From: Tricharina praecox
Lineage: Eukaryota
DNA: 64,000 nt
Reading direction: 5' to 3'
Assembly (NCBI RefSeq): GCF_024521635.1
Contig: NW_026250438.1
Span: 186,001 to 250,000 of the forward strand
A program made the translations under genes and the position numbers. Positions 23,984-35,975 of the stretch are shown here, one piece after another. A model generated the notes under the pieces. It searched no databases. It was not told the origin of the DNA and was given only the letters and a program-made list of their open reading frames with translations. Within the stretch, counting starts at the first letter, position 1; each line of letters opens with the position of its first letter.

Positions 23984-24969
23984 ATGCGAATCCCGCCCCT
24001 CCTACTGCTGCTCGCCAGCGCGGCTTCTCTATCCTCCCTAGCCTCCGCCAAAGCGCAAGGCCACTACGGCGGCCAAGTGGACGTGAACCGGGACCGGAAC
24101 CAGCCGCCGGAAGCTGGGGCGCACGACCAGCCGCCTCCGGGGTACGGACGCTCGCACGGCGGGAAGCTACCGCACGAGGAGGTGTTCGACGAGTGGAAGG
24201 TTGAGCCGGGCGAGGAGGATCGCGACGCAAAGCTCTACAGGTCCCAGGAGGACCAGTTTGCGGATCTGCATAACCGGATTTTGGCGCTGGTACGTGCATG
24301 CGTCGCTGGGGAGGGGGGAGCAGGGAGGGGGAGGGGAGGGGGAGGGGATGAGGGCTGATGGCGGTGCGTAAACAGACGCATCATCTCGGCGCTGTGCAGA
24401 TACAGATTGGAAAGATGTACGACCGCATCGACGAGCTGCACTGGAAGGGCGAAGGCGACCGCGAGGAGCTGCGGCACACCCGCGTTCCGCGGACTCAGGT
24501 CGACAACATGGAGGCACGGATGTGAGTTCCCCATCCCGATCCCGCGATGGATCCACAGCCTAGTCTAACGGCCTCGCAGAAACAGTATCGAGAAGGTATC
24601 GTTGCAGATTGCGAACGTCATGACCTCGAACGACTGGGCTCCGCACTTTGAGGACCTCCGGCACACAATCACTGAGCATCATCATAATCTGCTCTTTGCG
24701 GTGCCGCAGGCTGTCAACCACGGTTCGTCTTCATTCCTTGCTTCCGGTTCTCTTGTCGCTCGTATGGGTGGTGGTGGTGGAGCAATTCCACATGGCTCGC
24801 TGTGATTCGCTGGCTGACACGGATTGGCGGGGGGTGCATAGTGATGACCACCGGCGGACCGCGGATCGGAATGCTCCTGGGGATTGTGGTGCTGATGCAG
24901 GTGATCTGGGCCGCGGCGTTCTTGGTCTATAAATGGTGGAAGCACAACAAGCCGCGCAAGTACCTTTGA
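23984..24969 (+). CDS. Type I membrane protein resembling the stalk, TM helix and tail of Emp46/Emp47 (ERGIC-53 family), without the L-type lectin domain; 4 exons, about 240 aa
   Basis: Signal peptide MRIPPLLLLLASAASLSSLASA; QEDQFADLHNRILAL|THHLGAVQIQIGKMYDRIDELH; LRHTITEHHHNLLFAVP; TM GMLLGIVVLMQVIWAAAFLVY; tail KWWKHNKPRKYL*. Three canonical GT-AG introns keep the frame. Confidence 0.8.
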
Positions 24970-25139
24970 AGATGTTTCTGTTGTACGAGTACTGGGTATG
25001 ATGGGTAGTATGGTATGGTGCTTTAGGAGGCGGTGGGGTAGAGTAGTTACTCGTTACTTAACATCAGACGAGGGGAAGGCCGGCAGCCGGACTTATTCTG
25101 CACGTTTCCTTCCTTCCTTGCTGCCTTGCTTCCTACATA

Positions 25140-25331
25140 CTGAGGGGGACAAAACAACGCGACCCAGACAGGGGTGTTTTCCGTACAGCGCCACATCAGA
25201 AGTCATGTCCACCACACCATTTTACGCGACGGCGACGTGATGTTTTGTTTTTCGTGTGGTGGACATGACTTCTGATGTGGCGCTGTACGGAAAACACACC
25301 TGTCTGGGTCGCGTTGTTTTGTCCCCCTCAG
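25140..25331. mobile_element. 192-bp MITE with 78-bp TIRs and TA TSD
   Basis: TA|CTGAGGGGGACAAAACAACGCGACCC...GGGTCGCGTTGTTTTGTCCCCCTCAG|TA. Arms 25140-25217 and 25254-25331 differ by one mismatch. Confidence 0.93.
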
Positions 25332-25796
25332 TACGTTCGAGTTCAACTGCTGTTTCCTGTGGAGATGGTTTGAGACTACTGTAGAGTTTAGTTAGTTGGA
25401 GTGGTGGGGAAGCCACGTGTTCGGCCGGCCGTCTCGCTTGCATCCATGGCGGGGATGGTGGGTAGTTAGAACAGGCCCTTGTCCGGAAATACCTAATTCC
25501 TACATACACACCTCACACCTGTACTTCATAACTATGCCTGCGCCCGTTCATGCCCGTCCGTTCAAAGTTCGTTCAAACTTTTGCCGCATCAAACGCCACG
25601 GCTCACAAGGGCCTAATAAGCTTAATCCGGTGGTCGTGAATCAGTGGGGACGGATCAAGATGGTTGGGCCCGGTTGCGTGCTTGTGCTCAAAGCAAGAAT
25701 GCCCCACATCACATGGAGCTGCATGGGATAGTAGAGATGAGTGGGGAGTGGGGATTGGAGAAGGGAGTGGGGACGAGAGGAGGCCACTGGCAGTGG

Positions 25797-28401
25797 CACC
25801 TATGGCGGGCATATTCACGACCTGATATGGTGCAGGGCGCGAACACGCACCTAGCACCTAATCGGGTCCTAACCAGCAAGGGCGCGCCCTACTCACATTT
25901 TACTGTGCTGTACTGATAGGTAATGGTGAGTACTGACTGGTACGGCTGGCTTTCTGCTGTTAGACAACGGTGCTGTCTGGTACCGGACACAAAGTATGGG
26001 ACTATCGCCGCGTGTTACTTGCGGCCGAGGCGGGCAGGAAACTGGGCACAGTATCAGTCGGTAATCGTCAGTACTGCTCGGTACTGAGTGGTACCGCCAT
26101 CGCCGCATCGCCGGGCGCGGTACTGATTAGTATTGCAAGCGGCGAGGGCAGCCACAAAACTGGGGGCCGGCATGAAACTGGGGCCGGTATGAGTCCGTAA
26201 TCGTCAGTACTGCTCGATACCAAGAGGTACTGCTATCGCCGCATTGCCGGGCCCGGTACTGATGGGTACTGCAAGCGGCAGGGGCGGGCACAAAACTGGG
26301 AGTGGGCACAAAACTGGGAGTGGGCACAAAACTGGGAGTGGGCACAAAACTGGGAGCGGGCACAGAACTGGGGGCAGTATAAGTCCGTAATCGTCAGTAC
26401 TGCTCGATACCAAGAGGTCCTGCTATCGCCACATCGCCGGGTGCAGTACTTATGGGTACTGCCTGCGTTAAGGCGGGCGGATTACGTTGGGCATTACCGT
26501 CACCAACGCGCCATTTGCCATACTGGCCTGTAGTAGCACTACCTGTGACTATCAGCCTACATCGCCGCCGCTGCAGAATCTTCAGCTATATCAAAATCAT
26601 TGGAATGTTCCACTTTTTATAATGCCAGGTGCTGCGTTTGGTAAGAATGAGGTGACTGCATGCACCTTCCCTTGTGGAGTGCTGAAAATTAATGCAGGTT
26701 CCCGCCTCCAGACATAGTGTCTCCGTATTTTGCGAGAATCACTACAAGTTACCTGGCCTTAGAAGCGATCATCAGTTCTAAACCGATTTTAACCGCTGTT
26801 TATGTTGAAAGATCCAGTGAAGATTGGTAGACATCAGTATCGGACAGTACTTTACAGCATCCACCAACCAATCGTTATTGGTGTGGACGAGTCAATTAGT
26901 CTGGCACTCTCAGACTTGGTGGGATATGTCTTAGAAGTTCGTTGATGATAGTTATAGCATGCCCAAAGCTTATACGAAAGTTCTGAGGCCATCGCTCAGG
27001 TTTAGATCGGAACTTGGAGTTGTTGGCCAGTAGATCACCTACTGCACATACGCGGTGAAGGTAAATTGATGGCAAATACCACCAGATGAAAATCTTGCTA
27101 TGAAGACGGCATATGGCAAGTGAATACCCATGTATAACAGTGCTACCATCTGGGCATAACCCCGCTTTGGGCCTCTGTCCACGATGAGAAGCTGTATCAA
27201 TAGGCGCGGCCTGCAGTCAGGCAGCATTAGCAGTACCGCTTGGTACCGGGCAGTACAGACAATTCTAGAGCAGTACCACCCATGAATCCTGCCCGCCGCA
27301 GCGCAGCGAGTATCGATCAGTGTCAGGCCTGGCAATACGGCGATAGCGGTACCGCTTTGTACTGATCAGTACTGGCTGTTCTGGAGCTGTACCGCCCATA
27401 GCGTCCTCCCTGCTGCCGCCACATTGGGTACAGGTTAGTACTGGGCCACGATGCGGCGATAGCGGTACTGCTCTGTACCGAGCACTACTGACGATTACGA
27501 ACTGATACCGCCCCCAGCTTCCTGCCCGCCCACGGTGCATGCAGTACTGGTCAGTAATGCTCCCGGCGATAGCGGTACTACTCAGTACCGAGCAGTACTG
27601 GCGATTAAGGACTCATACCAACCCTAGTTTCATGACCGCCCCCAATCTTGTGGCCGCCCCCGCTGCATGCAGTACTGGTCAGTACTGCTTCCGGCGATCC
27701 GGCGATAGCGGTACTACTCAGTACCGAGCAGTACTGGCAATTACGGACTCATACCGACCCCAGTTTCATGACCGCCCCAGTTTTGTGGCCGCATCCGCCG
27801 CTTGCAGTACTGGTCAGAACCGCGCCCGGTGATGCGGCGATAGCGGTACCACTCAGTACCGACCAGTACTGACAATTAAGGACTCATACCGGCCCCAGTT
27901 CCATGTCCGCCCCCAGCTCCATGCCCGCCCGGGCTGCATGCAGTACTGGTCACTACCACGCCCAGCAATGCAGCGATAACGGTACTGCTCAGTACTGCCC
28001 CATACTGACCGTTGCAGAGCTGTACCGCCCAATGCAGCCTGCCCGTTGCCGTAGCAGCCTGTAGCAATGAGTACTGCGCCCAGCAATGCGCCGATAGCGG
28101 TACTGCTCAGCACTGCTCCGTACTGATCGTTCCGGAGCTGTACCGCCCGCGGTATCCTCCCTGCGGCGGTCGCAGCTAATACGCGGCGATAGTCTAGTAC
28201 ATACTGCGTGTTTGGTAACAGCCAGTACGGTAGCCTCGCAGCAAATGGCCAACGGTACCGGCCAGTATGCTGCGTTACGAATCAGTACAGCGCAGTAAAA
28301 TCTGAGCGGGGCGTGCCCTTGCAGGTTAAGACCTGGTAAGGTCCAGGGTGCGTGTTCGCGCCCTGGACCTAATCAGGTCTTGAATACACCCGCCATAGGT
28401 G
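25797..28401. mobile_element. 2.6-kb non-autonomous foldback-like DNA transposon with 8-bp TSD
   Basis: GGCAGTGG|CACCTATGGCGGG...CCCGCCATAGGTG|GGCAGTGG. About 120-bp imperfect TIRs are followed by inverted arrays of roughly 135-bp AGTACT-rich modules. Confidence 0.9.
26286..26375. repeat. 18-bp tandem repeat x5 inside the foldback element
   Basis: gggcacaaaactgggagt repeated. Confidence 0.9.
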
Positions 28402-30277
28402 GGCAGTGGAGTGGGGTGGGGTGTCGACGCCAGCTACCCTACGGTTCCTATTGGAGTATCATAGGATGAACTCATGTGAGAGCAGAGTAAACTGAGACAT
28501 CGAGACACCGAGACTGATGGGATGCAGCGCACGCTGCCAATTCACAGTTCAGATGGAGTGTTCCACTGGTTATGTAGGTGTTCTCCGTCGGCGGTGCTGT
28601 GGCCAGTGGACAGTGGACCGGACGCTCCCCTCACATTCCACCACATCTAGGTAGAGTACTGTCTCCGACTCTCGGTGCTATATCACGGTATCACGGTTTC
28701 CATCCATCATGGGCCATGAGCCACACTCGCAAGTGATTTGCCTTGACTTGACTTTTGACTTCGTACATCGTCAACTGCCCACAATGCTCGCACCCACGCT
28801 CCCATCAATGATCAGGTATCTCTTGCCCAACCCCAACCCCGACCTTCCACCCTACTGACAGCCTCGCCTTGGTGCTTCCCGGGGCAGATCCTACCCGAAG
28901 CTGCCGCGCCTGCGCTAAACACTGCCGCGGCGCCACCGCACCGGTTCTGGTATACCGATAGTTACGAGCAAAATTCAGCCCCCATCCGCATCCCTATCCC
29001 CATTCGCATGTGCCGCGATGGACAAAAACTCGGCCCGAGTAGTCGAAGTGCCGGGGCGATCTCTCGTCCCGCGGATTTCCCTCAAGCTTGTCCATAGGTA
29101 TCTCTCCGTCCTATCGTGCTGCATCGCCGGACTATCCAATCACTACTTATCAATCTGCCTTCCTCTGCTACTAGGTAGTAGGTAGGGCAAGGTCTTCTGA
29201 TGCGTTAGCCTATCAAATAGGTACCTATCATACCTACCAGAGCCCAGAAGGGCAAAGAAGGGCAAGTCTGATGGGCAAACGGATCGGTCGACATCCAAAG
29301 CAGTTCTTGTGGGATTCTCAACAGTTGGTCCCAGGTTGGTCCTAGCCTCCAGGCTGAGTATCTACCTACCAATGTACCTACCCAGGGACTGCCGACAAGT
29401 TACAGCGCTTCTTCAGACGCTCTTCTTGTTTCAACGGATGTGTTTGTGCGTCGGGATGGGATGGGATGGGATGGGTTCGGATCTGTTTCGATAATGGCAG
29501 TGGGCCTGGAACGGCAGTGCAAATATCATGATCCACGCCAGTTTTAATTCTTGACGACCGTAGGGTAGGAGGTGGTATAGAGGTGTGCGGTGCTGGTTTG
29601 TTAGGCAACTTCTGGCTTCTTTTCTGGAATTTTCTCGGGGCTTTTCACCTATGGTTGGAGAGTACTCCTACTTCACGCATTGGCTACTTCGTATGACCAG
29701 GTCGCCAATAACGATACTCCCAACCACCGGCTCCGGTCGGTATCTCTACTCTGGTGATAGCCGTCGACGTCGCGGACGTCCGATAGGTACATACCTCATA
29801 GGTACGAGGATGAGTGTCAAGCCTCAAGCCGCGTCAGCTCGTAAGTTGAGTCGTAACCACAGATCAACCACAGATCAACCGACCAATCAGTTTCGTCAAA
29901 AGCTCACGGCCGACAGATCGGGAGCTTTTCTTGTCACTCTGTACTGTACTGTACGGTACTTTTACGATACCCGCAGGAATAGGTGGTGCTTTGTATCGCT
30001 CCAGCCTTGCGGCCTACCTACCTATCCAATCGTGGCGTTGAGGGCTTACATCCCGACACGGACCATGGCTACAAGTACATACCTAGATGAGTAGCACCGG
30101 ATACTTTTCGTCGTATGCACAAAGTAGAAGCTACTGAACCGGAATTAATACAATAGGTAATCTCCACCGCGAGATAAGGCCACTCAAGTAGCGGGACTTT
30201 ACTTCACTCCACCAAAGTCATAGAGTGGCATATCCTACAATAAGCGCTTCACAGACTGTTATGAGCCACTTGGGCGG

Positions 30278-31163
30278 CTACTTGCCTATATTGCCAATGA
30301 ACGTAGGCGCCCAGTACTCCTTCTCCTCCGCCTGCGAATCCACCCAGACCAGCGAATCCGATAGCAGATCATCAATCACGGTCTGCACTCTAGCCCGATC
30401 CCAACTCAAGTTATCACGAAGCATCGAGTGCGTGACGAAGCCCAGAACCTGGCTAGTGTCAGCTGTGCCGGCCTACTGCTGAGTGCCACGGGAAATGTAC
30501 TTGAATAGCTTCCATCACCGTGGACTGGTCCGTATTCAACTCTTTCGGCACGGACCGGATCATCTGCCTTCGTCCCAGCTCGATAACCGTGAACCCGGAG
30601 CCTAGGGGTTTAAGTGACTCGACAGCGCGGAGGATATCGTCCCTGCGGGTGCGCGGCTCATGTCAACTCGCGTCGTCGTCTTCGTCTTTCTCGCGCATTT
30701 ATATTCTCACATACTCGCTGACACCACTGGCGCCGCCACCAATCCTCTCATCGAGTTTCTCGATGCGATCCCTGACCTCCGCAACAGCGATCAAGCCACC
30801 ATTCTCGTCCCTGGAGCGTCTGCAGACCTCCACGACCCTGACCGCGAGCTCGAAGTAAAAGTCGTTGACGCTGGTGCCCAGCGTCTCCGCCCAGAACGAG
30901 CCGCCCTTCTTGTTGCTCGAGCTCGCGAGCGGGTCCACGCCAATCGCCGTGCACATCCGTGCGAACTCCGCGCGGAATAAAGGGTTCGATCGGATGTCCT
31001 TCGCGTGTGTCCGTGAGAACTCGATCAGCGCTGCTTGGAAGACTGATAGCTGCGTTGAGAGCTTGTCGGCGTGGGAGCGCTGCAAACGCTCCCCGTGCGA
31101 CGCGTACAGCTGCGAGTGCTTGCTGTTGCGGCTTAATGCGCCGAGGCCGACGCCTTTCTGCAT
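30278..31163 (-). CDS. SNF8: ESCRT-II subunit Snf8/Vps22 (EAP30)
   Basis: GVGLGAL start, FRAEFARMCTAIGVDPLAS, DFYFELAVRVVEVC, ENGGLI, DDILRAVESLKPLG; two introns; ends EYWAPTFIGNIGK*. Confidence 0.93.
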
Positions 31164-31930
31164 CGTGGGTGGGTGGGAAGGGTGAGATGGGGTGTATGTA
31201 CGGAGGGCGGAAGGCGGAGGGTGGATTGTGGATTGTGGGGAAGTTGTAGCTTGCTCGAGCTACTATTATAGTTTCGCTGCTCACGGCGAGTGGAGCCTCA
31301 ATGGTCCTAGCACACGCACTACCACTTCCGAGGATCCAAGCCGCCAATCAAGAATAAAATATCGACATACATACTCTAACTGTAAGTACTGTATGTAAGC
31401 CTGCTACAGCCCGGTCCCGCGTCAAAGTTGCCAGCGAAAATATGTCCATCGCTGTCGAACCGGCCTCATTATTCGTCCCATTCACGTCTGGACTGGACAT
31501 GCAGTGCCTATGAGCTTGTCTTCACAGGAGCGAGATAGTGACGTGAAGTCTCCTGAAGACTTTTAGGATGTGGTGATAATCATCATGCACCTTCTTGCAC
31601 ACACATAGAATGCCCTGGTACTTGCGCAGTACAACATCCAAAGTACCTGCGCTTCTAAGGCTGCTCGATGCGTTTTACACACAGCCAACCCTTGTCCGTG
31701 TCTACGTCTCGCTGTTTCCACCATGCCCGCGTTCCCTCCACAGCGTCCTATCAGGCAGGCCGCTTCCCCCTCCCACCCTCCCCCCAACTCGAATCAACCA
31801 GCGCACTAAACGGTCTACATAACCCAGCCCTGCATCGTGCAGAGCAGCAAGCGCATAGGGTAGATTGTTAGCCACTTTGCCCACTCGCTCCCAGCGCAAG
31901 CAGGCAGGCAGGCAAAGATAGATCCACACG

Positions 31931-34091
31931 ATGGTCGAGCTACTGTACCCTTCTGCGTCCTCTTCCTCTTCCCCTTCCACTGCATCGCCCGCCATCCCCT
32001 ACTCCTTCTTCGCCCCCCTCGACTGCTACTCCTCCACGTCGGCCTTCACCTCCGCCACAGCCGGAACCGGAACCACAAACGCCGTTGCCGCCGCCGCCTC
32101 CTCGTTCCGCCCCGATCCTTGCCCGTTCTGCCGATTCCGTGCGGACGACGAGTACTCGCTGCTGCTGCACATCGAAACCTCGCACATCGAGGACAGCCTA
32201 TTCGTCGCGGTCCCCGACGCCGACGACCATGCAAGAGGAGCCGCACACACGCCCACGACCCTAATTGACGACGAAGAAGACCCCGACTACGTTCTCTGTC
32301 CCGAGAGCGATTGCGAGGAGTTTATCCCGCTGCTGCAGTTGCAGACGCACATGGACTTTCACGACGCGGCGAACCTCAGTATGGAGCCCGTTGGCGTGTC
32401 GTTGCGGAAGAGGCGGGACAGCGAGGCGGTCGAGGCTCGGGGCGGCGAGCGCTCGTCGTCGCATCACCACCGACGGCGCGACGGGGAGCGGGGCGAGAGG
32501 AAGCGCGAGGGGAGAGACGACGGCAAGCATCATCACCGCCACCGAGAACACGGCGAGCATCGCGAACATGGCGAGCATCGCGAACATAGGAAGCGCCGCG
32601 AAGAGAAGGAGAAGGATCCGAAGGTGTCGTTCATTCCGGCGACGACATCGAGGTCTAGGAGTCCTGTGCGCGGCCTGAGCTGGTTTGAGAGGGTCGCGCT
32701 GGCGATTGCGCAGCCGCATCATACCGTCGTCGTCGCGCCGGATCAGCACAGGAGCAGCAGCAGTAGGCGGAGATCGCAGAGCAGGGGCGCACATAAGCGC
32801 TCCGATAGCAAGAAGCGGTCCGATAGTGCCCATGTCAAGAGGTCCGACAGCAAGAAACGGTCGGACTCCGTTAGTCTCCAGAGGCCGGATGGGAAGAGAG
32901 TCGAGATCCGGAAAGGGAAGAGCACCGCTCCGCCGATGACTCTGGCACCGCCGAAAAGTGGGAAAACTGTCAACGGCATCAAAAAGCTGGGTGTACGTTC
33001 CGCGACTCTCCATTGTGCCGTCTCGCGTTTACTAACCCGTCTGCAGAAATCCGACCTCGGACCCCATGCGCACGAAGTACAGATGCCATCCAGATTACGA
33101 GCAGAGCTCGAGAAAGGCGGCCAGGCGATCAATGTCCGCAAGATTGACCCGGAAACCGGCCGCCAGATAAACGTCGTCCAGATCGCAAACGAGACGCCGG
33201 ATCTCATCTACACCATGGCACTGCTCAGCGAACGTGATCCAGAAATCATTAGGGCATACCTGTGCCACCCCGGGACAAAACACGTGGGGAAACAGCTCCC
33301 AAAGGAAGGAGGGTTCTGCGGATACAGGAACATCCAGATGATGATATCGTACATCCAAGCAGCCTTCCCCCGGGGCTCGCATCCGTTCGAAGGTCGTATT
33401 CCTACAATCCTCAGAATGCAAGACTTGATCGAGGAGGGCTGGGACAAGGGCATCAATTCTACCGCAAGGCTCGAGACGGGCGGCATCAGAGGCACCAGAA
33501 AGTACATTGGCACTTCCGAGGTATGTTCCCATGAATCGCCGACAATTTTCACGTTCTGACGGATGCAGGCACAAACACTCCTCACAAGCGTCGGGCTGCA
33601 GTCACGTGCGCGCGCCTTCACGCGGGCGCCCGACTCCAACTCCCTACTGACGCAGAAGGCGCTCCTCGCGTTCGTCGAGGAGTACTTCCTCGCTGACCTC
33701 GCGCCCGGTGCCGTCAATGGCAAGGTCGTGCGCACAGTCAAGCCGCCGATCTACCTGCAGCATAGCGGACACTCGATGACGATTGTGGGACTCGAGAAGT
33801 GGCGCGACGGCAGCGCCAGTCTGCTGGTCTTCGATCCGTTCTTTAGCCCCACCGATGCCATGAAGGAGCTCGCCGGACGAAAGATCTCGAGCAAGATCCG
33901 TCCGGATGTATACCTGAAGGTCTATAGACGCAAGATGAGCTACCTCGCGAAATACAAGGAGTTCGAGGTCATCCTGTTAGTCTTCTCCCCGCCCTCTGAG
34001 GCCGCTGCCGCCTCGGCCGTTGCCTCCTCCTCCTCCTCCTACTCCCGTTTTCAGAAGTCTCACCTCTGAAATATGTAGGCTGGAGCCGTGA
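31931..34091 (+). CDS. ZUFSP/ZUP1-Mug105 family zinc-finger deubiquitinase (peptidase C78-like)
   Basis: Two C2H2-like fingers (CPFC...HIETSH; CPESDC...HMDFH), catalytic GFCGYRNIQM, LQHSGHSMTIVG and FDP. The 3' end is 34091 if a last short intron is spliced, otherwise 34069. Confidence 0.88.
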
Positions 34092-35217
34092 GCGACACAA
34101 CGATTGTAACGATGATGCAATGCAATGAAATGAAACGAACCAAAAGATTCTGTTGTATCCCTTTCCTTTCCATTTATTTTCCTTTCCTATCCTTTTTTCC
34201 TTTTTTCCTTTTTTCCTTTTTTCCTTTTTTCTTTGGGCGTAGCGGGGCTTTTTGTGTTTCCTTCTCCTTCTTATTCTTCATCATTAACGACTCACGATAC
34301 GATATTAACGACTCCTTGTAACCTCTTTTTTTCTCTTTTTTTTTCTCTTTTTCTTTTGCGCCCTCTGCATTCATTCATTCATGACATCATCCATGATCCT
34401 AACGATTCTTTACGTGGTACATAACTTGCATAACTTGCATTGTTGCATTGCTTAGTTGGTGGGTTGGTGGGTGGGGTGGAGAGAGGAGGGGAGGGGAGGG
34501 GAGGGGAGGGGAGGGAGAGAGGGAGCGAAGGGAGGGGAGCTGGCTTTTTAAGTGACAGTGACGGTGACGGTGACGGTGACGGTGAAGGTGGCATGGTAAT
34601 GTCTATACACTTTTTTGTTTGCTTTGCTACGTTTCGACTGGGAGGCTGTGAGACTGTGATACCGGGGAGTGCTAGGCGGGCGGGTTGAAGTCGGTAGCTC
34701 GGAACATGGTATATCACCAACATCAACCATGAGCCCCCGAGGCCGAGTATGCGTACCGCGTCGACGATGTTTATTACTGGTATTCCAGTCCATTGCTGGG
34801 ACATCACATTAACCAGGAAGACCAGACAGGAGGAGACGGTGCACGCATGCGGAAATGTACAGGTAGGTAGAGTAGGTATATCCGGTTCGTGGGATTGCAA
34901 GTATACTGTATGCATAAGTGAGTATGCTCTCTTCCTCGAGGCTCGAGTATACCAGTCTATCTATAGCAGAAAGAATGCAGTCGAAGATATGTGCCGAGCG
35001 GGATGCATCACAGTGACCCACTCGCTTCAAGCAACGTTACATAAATTGGCCCCGATACGTAATGTGTGATGATGCTGGGCTTGAGTGTCGAGTCGCACAA
35101 AGTACACCGCTATCGGACAGTGACATCTGCAAATAATGCCCCCGCCGGCCGGCTTTGGCGGGGAGGGGAGCTGAGGGAACGGTAGGTGGGCGGCCATTTG
35201 GAAGTACTAGTAGGTAG

Positions 35218-35311
35218 GTCCCTTGGAAGTCCCGTTGAAGTCCCTTGGAAGTCCCTTGGAAGTCCCGTTGAAGTCCCTTGGAAGTCCCGTTGAAGTCCCT
35301 TGGAAGTCCCT
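35218..35311. repeat. 11-bp tandem repeat (gaagtcccttg/gaagtcccgtt)
   Basis: About 8 adjacent units visible. Confidence 0.85.
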
Positions 35312-35975
35312 TTGGTGTTTGGAATGCAACGTTTGGGGCGTGAGGCTTCGGCTTCGAGCCGAAGCCTTGCTTGAATATCATGTCTATATACATTTTCCTT
35401 AAGTGCAACTTCAGAAATAATCTGTGCATTGACGGTTGACGGTTGACCAAGTCTCAAATGCTCCAAGACTCCAAGGCTCCAAGTCTCCAAGGCTCCGAGC
35501 GCGAAAAATCAAGCAACTTCGCATCGCCTCAACGTGGGAGGTGTGTCTTTCTACAAATGTCTCCATAACCACAGCGACTCCAGACTCCAAAGATATCGCT
35601 TCCCCATCTCTCCCTCATCCCTCCCTCCCAGTTATCTCGATCATCTTATCGCCCGCGCCCGTTCGTTCGCTGGCAGTCCTGGCTCCAGGTTCCGGGCTCC
35701 GGAGCGGTCCAGGTTCCGGGGCGGTGCATGCATGCATGCGCCAGCAGTCTCCCTGAACTTTGAAGGCTGAGCCGACTCAGCCGAGTCCCTGTCGTCCCTG
35801 TCGTCCCAGTCCGTCGCCTAGACGCGTGCAAGATACCTGGTATATACGCGCATGACATCACCCGCCGCATTCCAGAGCTCGCAGCCGAAAGCTTGTATGT
35901 AGAGTAACATGTAAAGAGCTTGTAAGGAGCTTGTATGGAACCAGCAATTCAACACAACAACACAAAAGCCATGCC

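Noticed and set aside
26040..28150. Regularly spaced repeats suggestive of a CRISPR array
   Set aside because: Eukaryotic context, whole units are repeated with no unique spacers, no cas genes, and the arrays are the inverted arms of a transposon.
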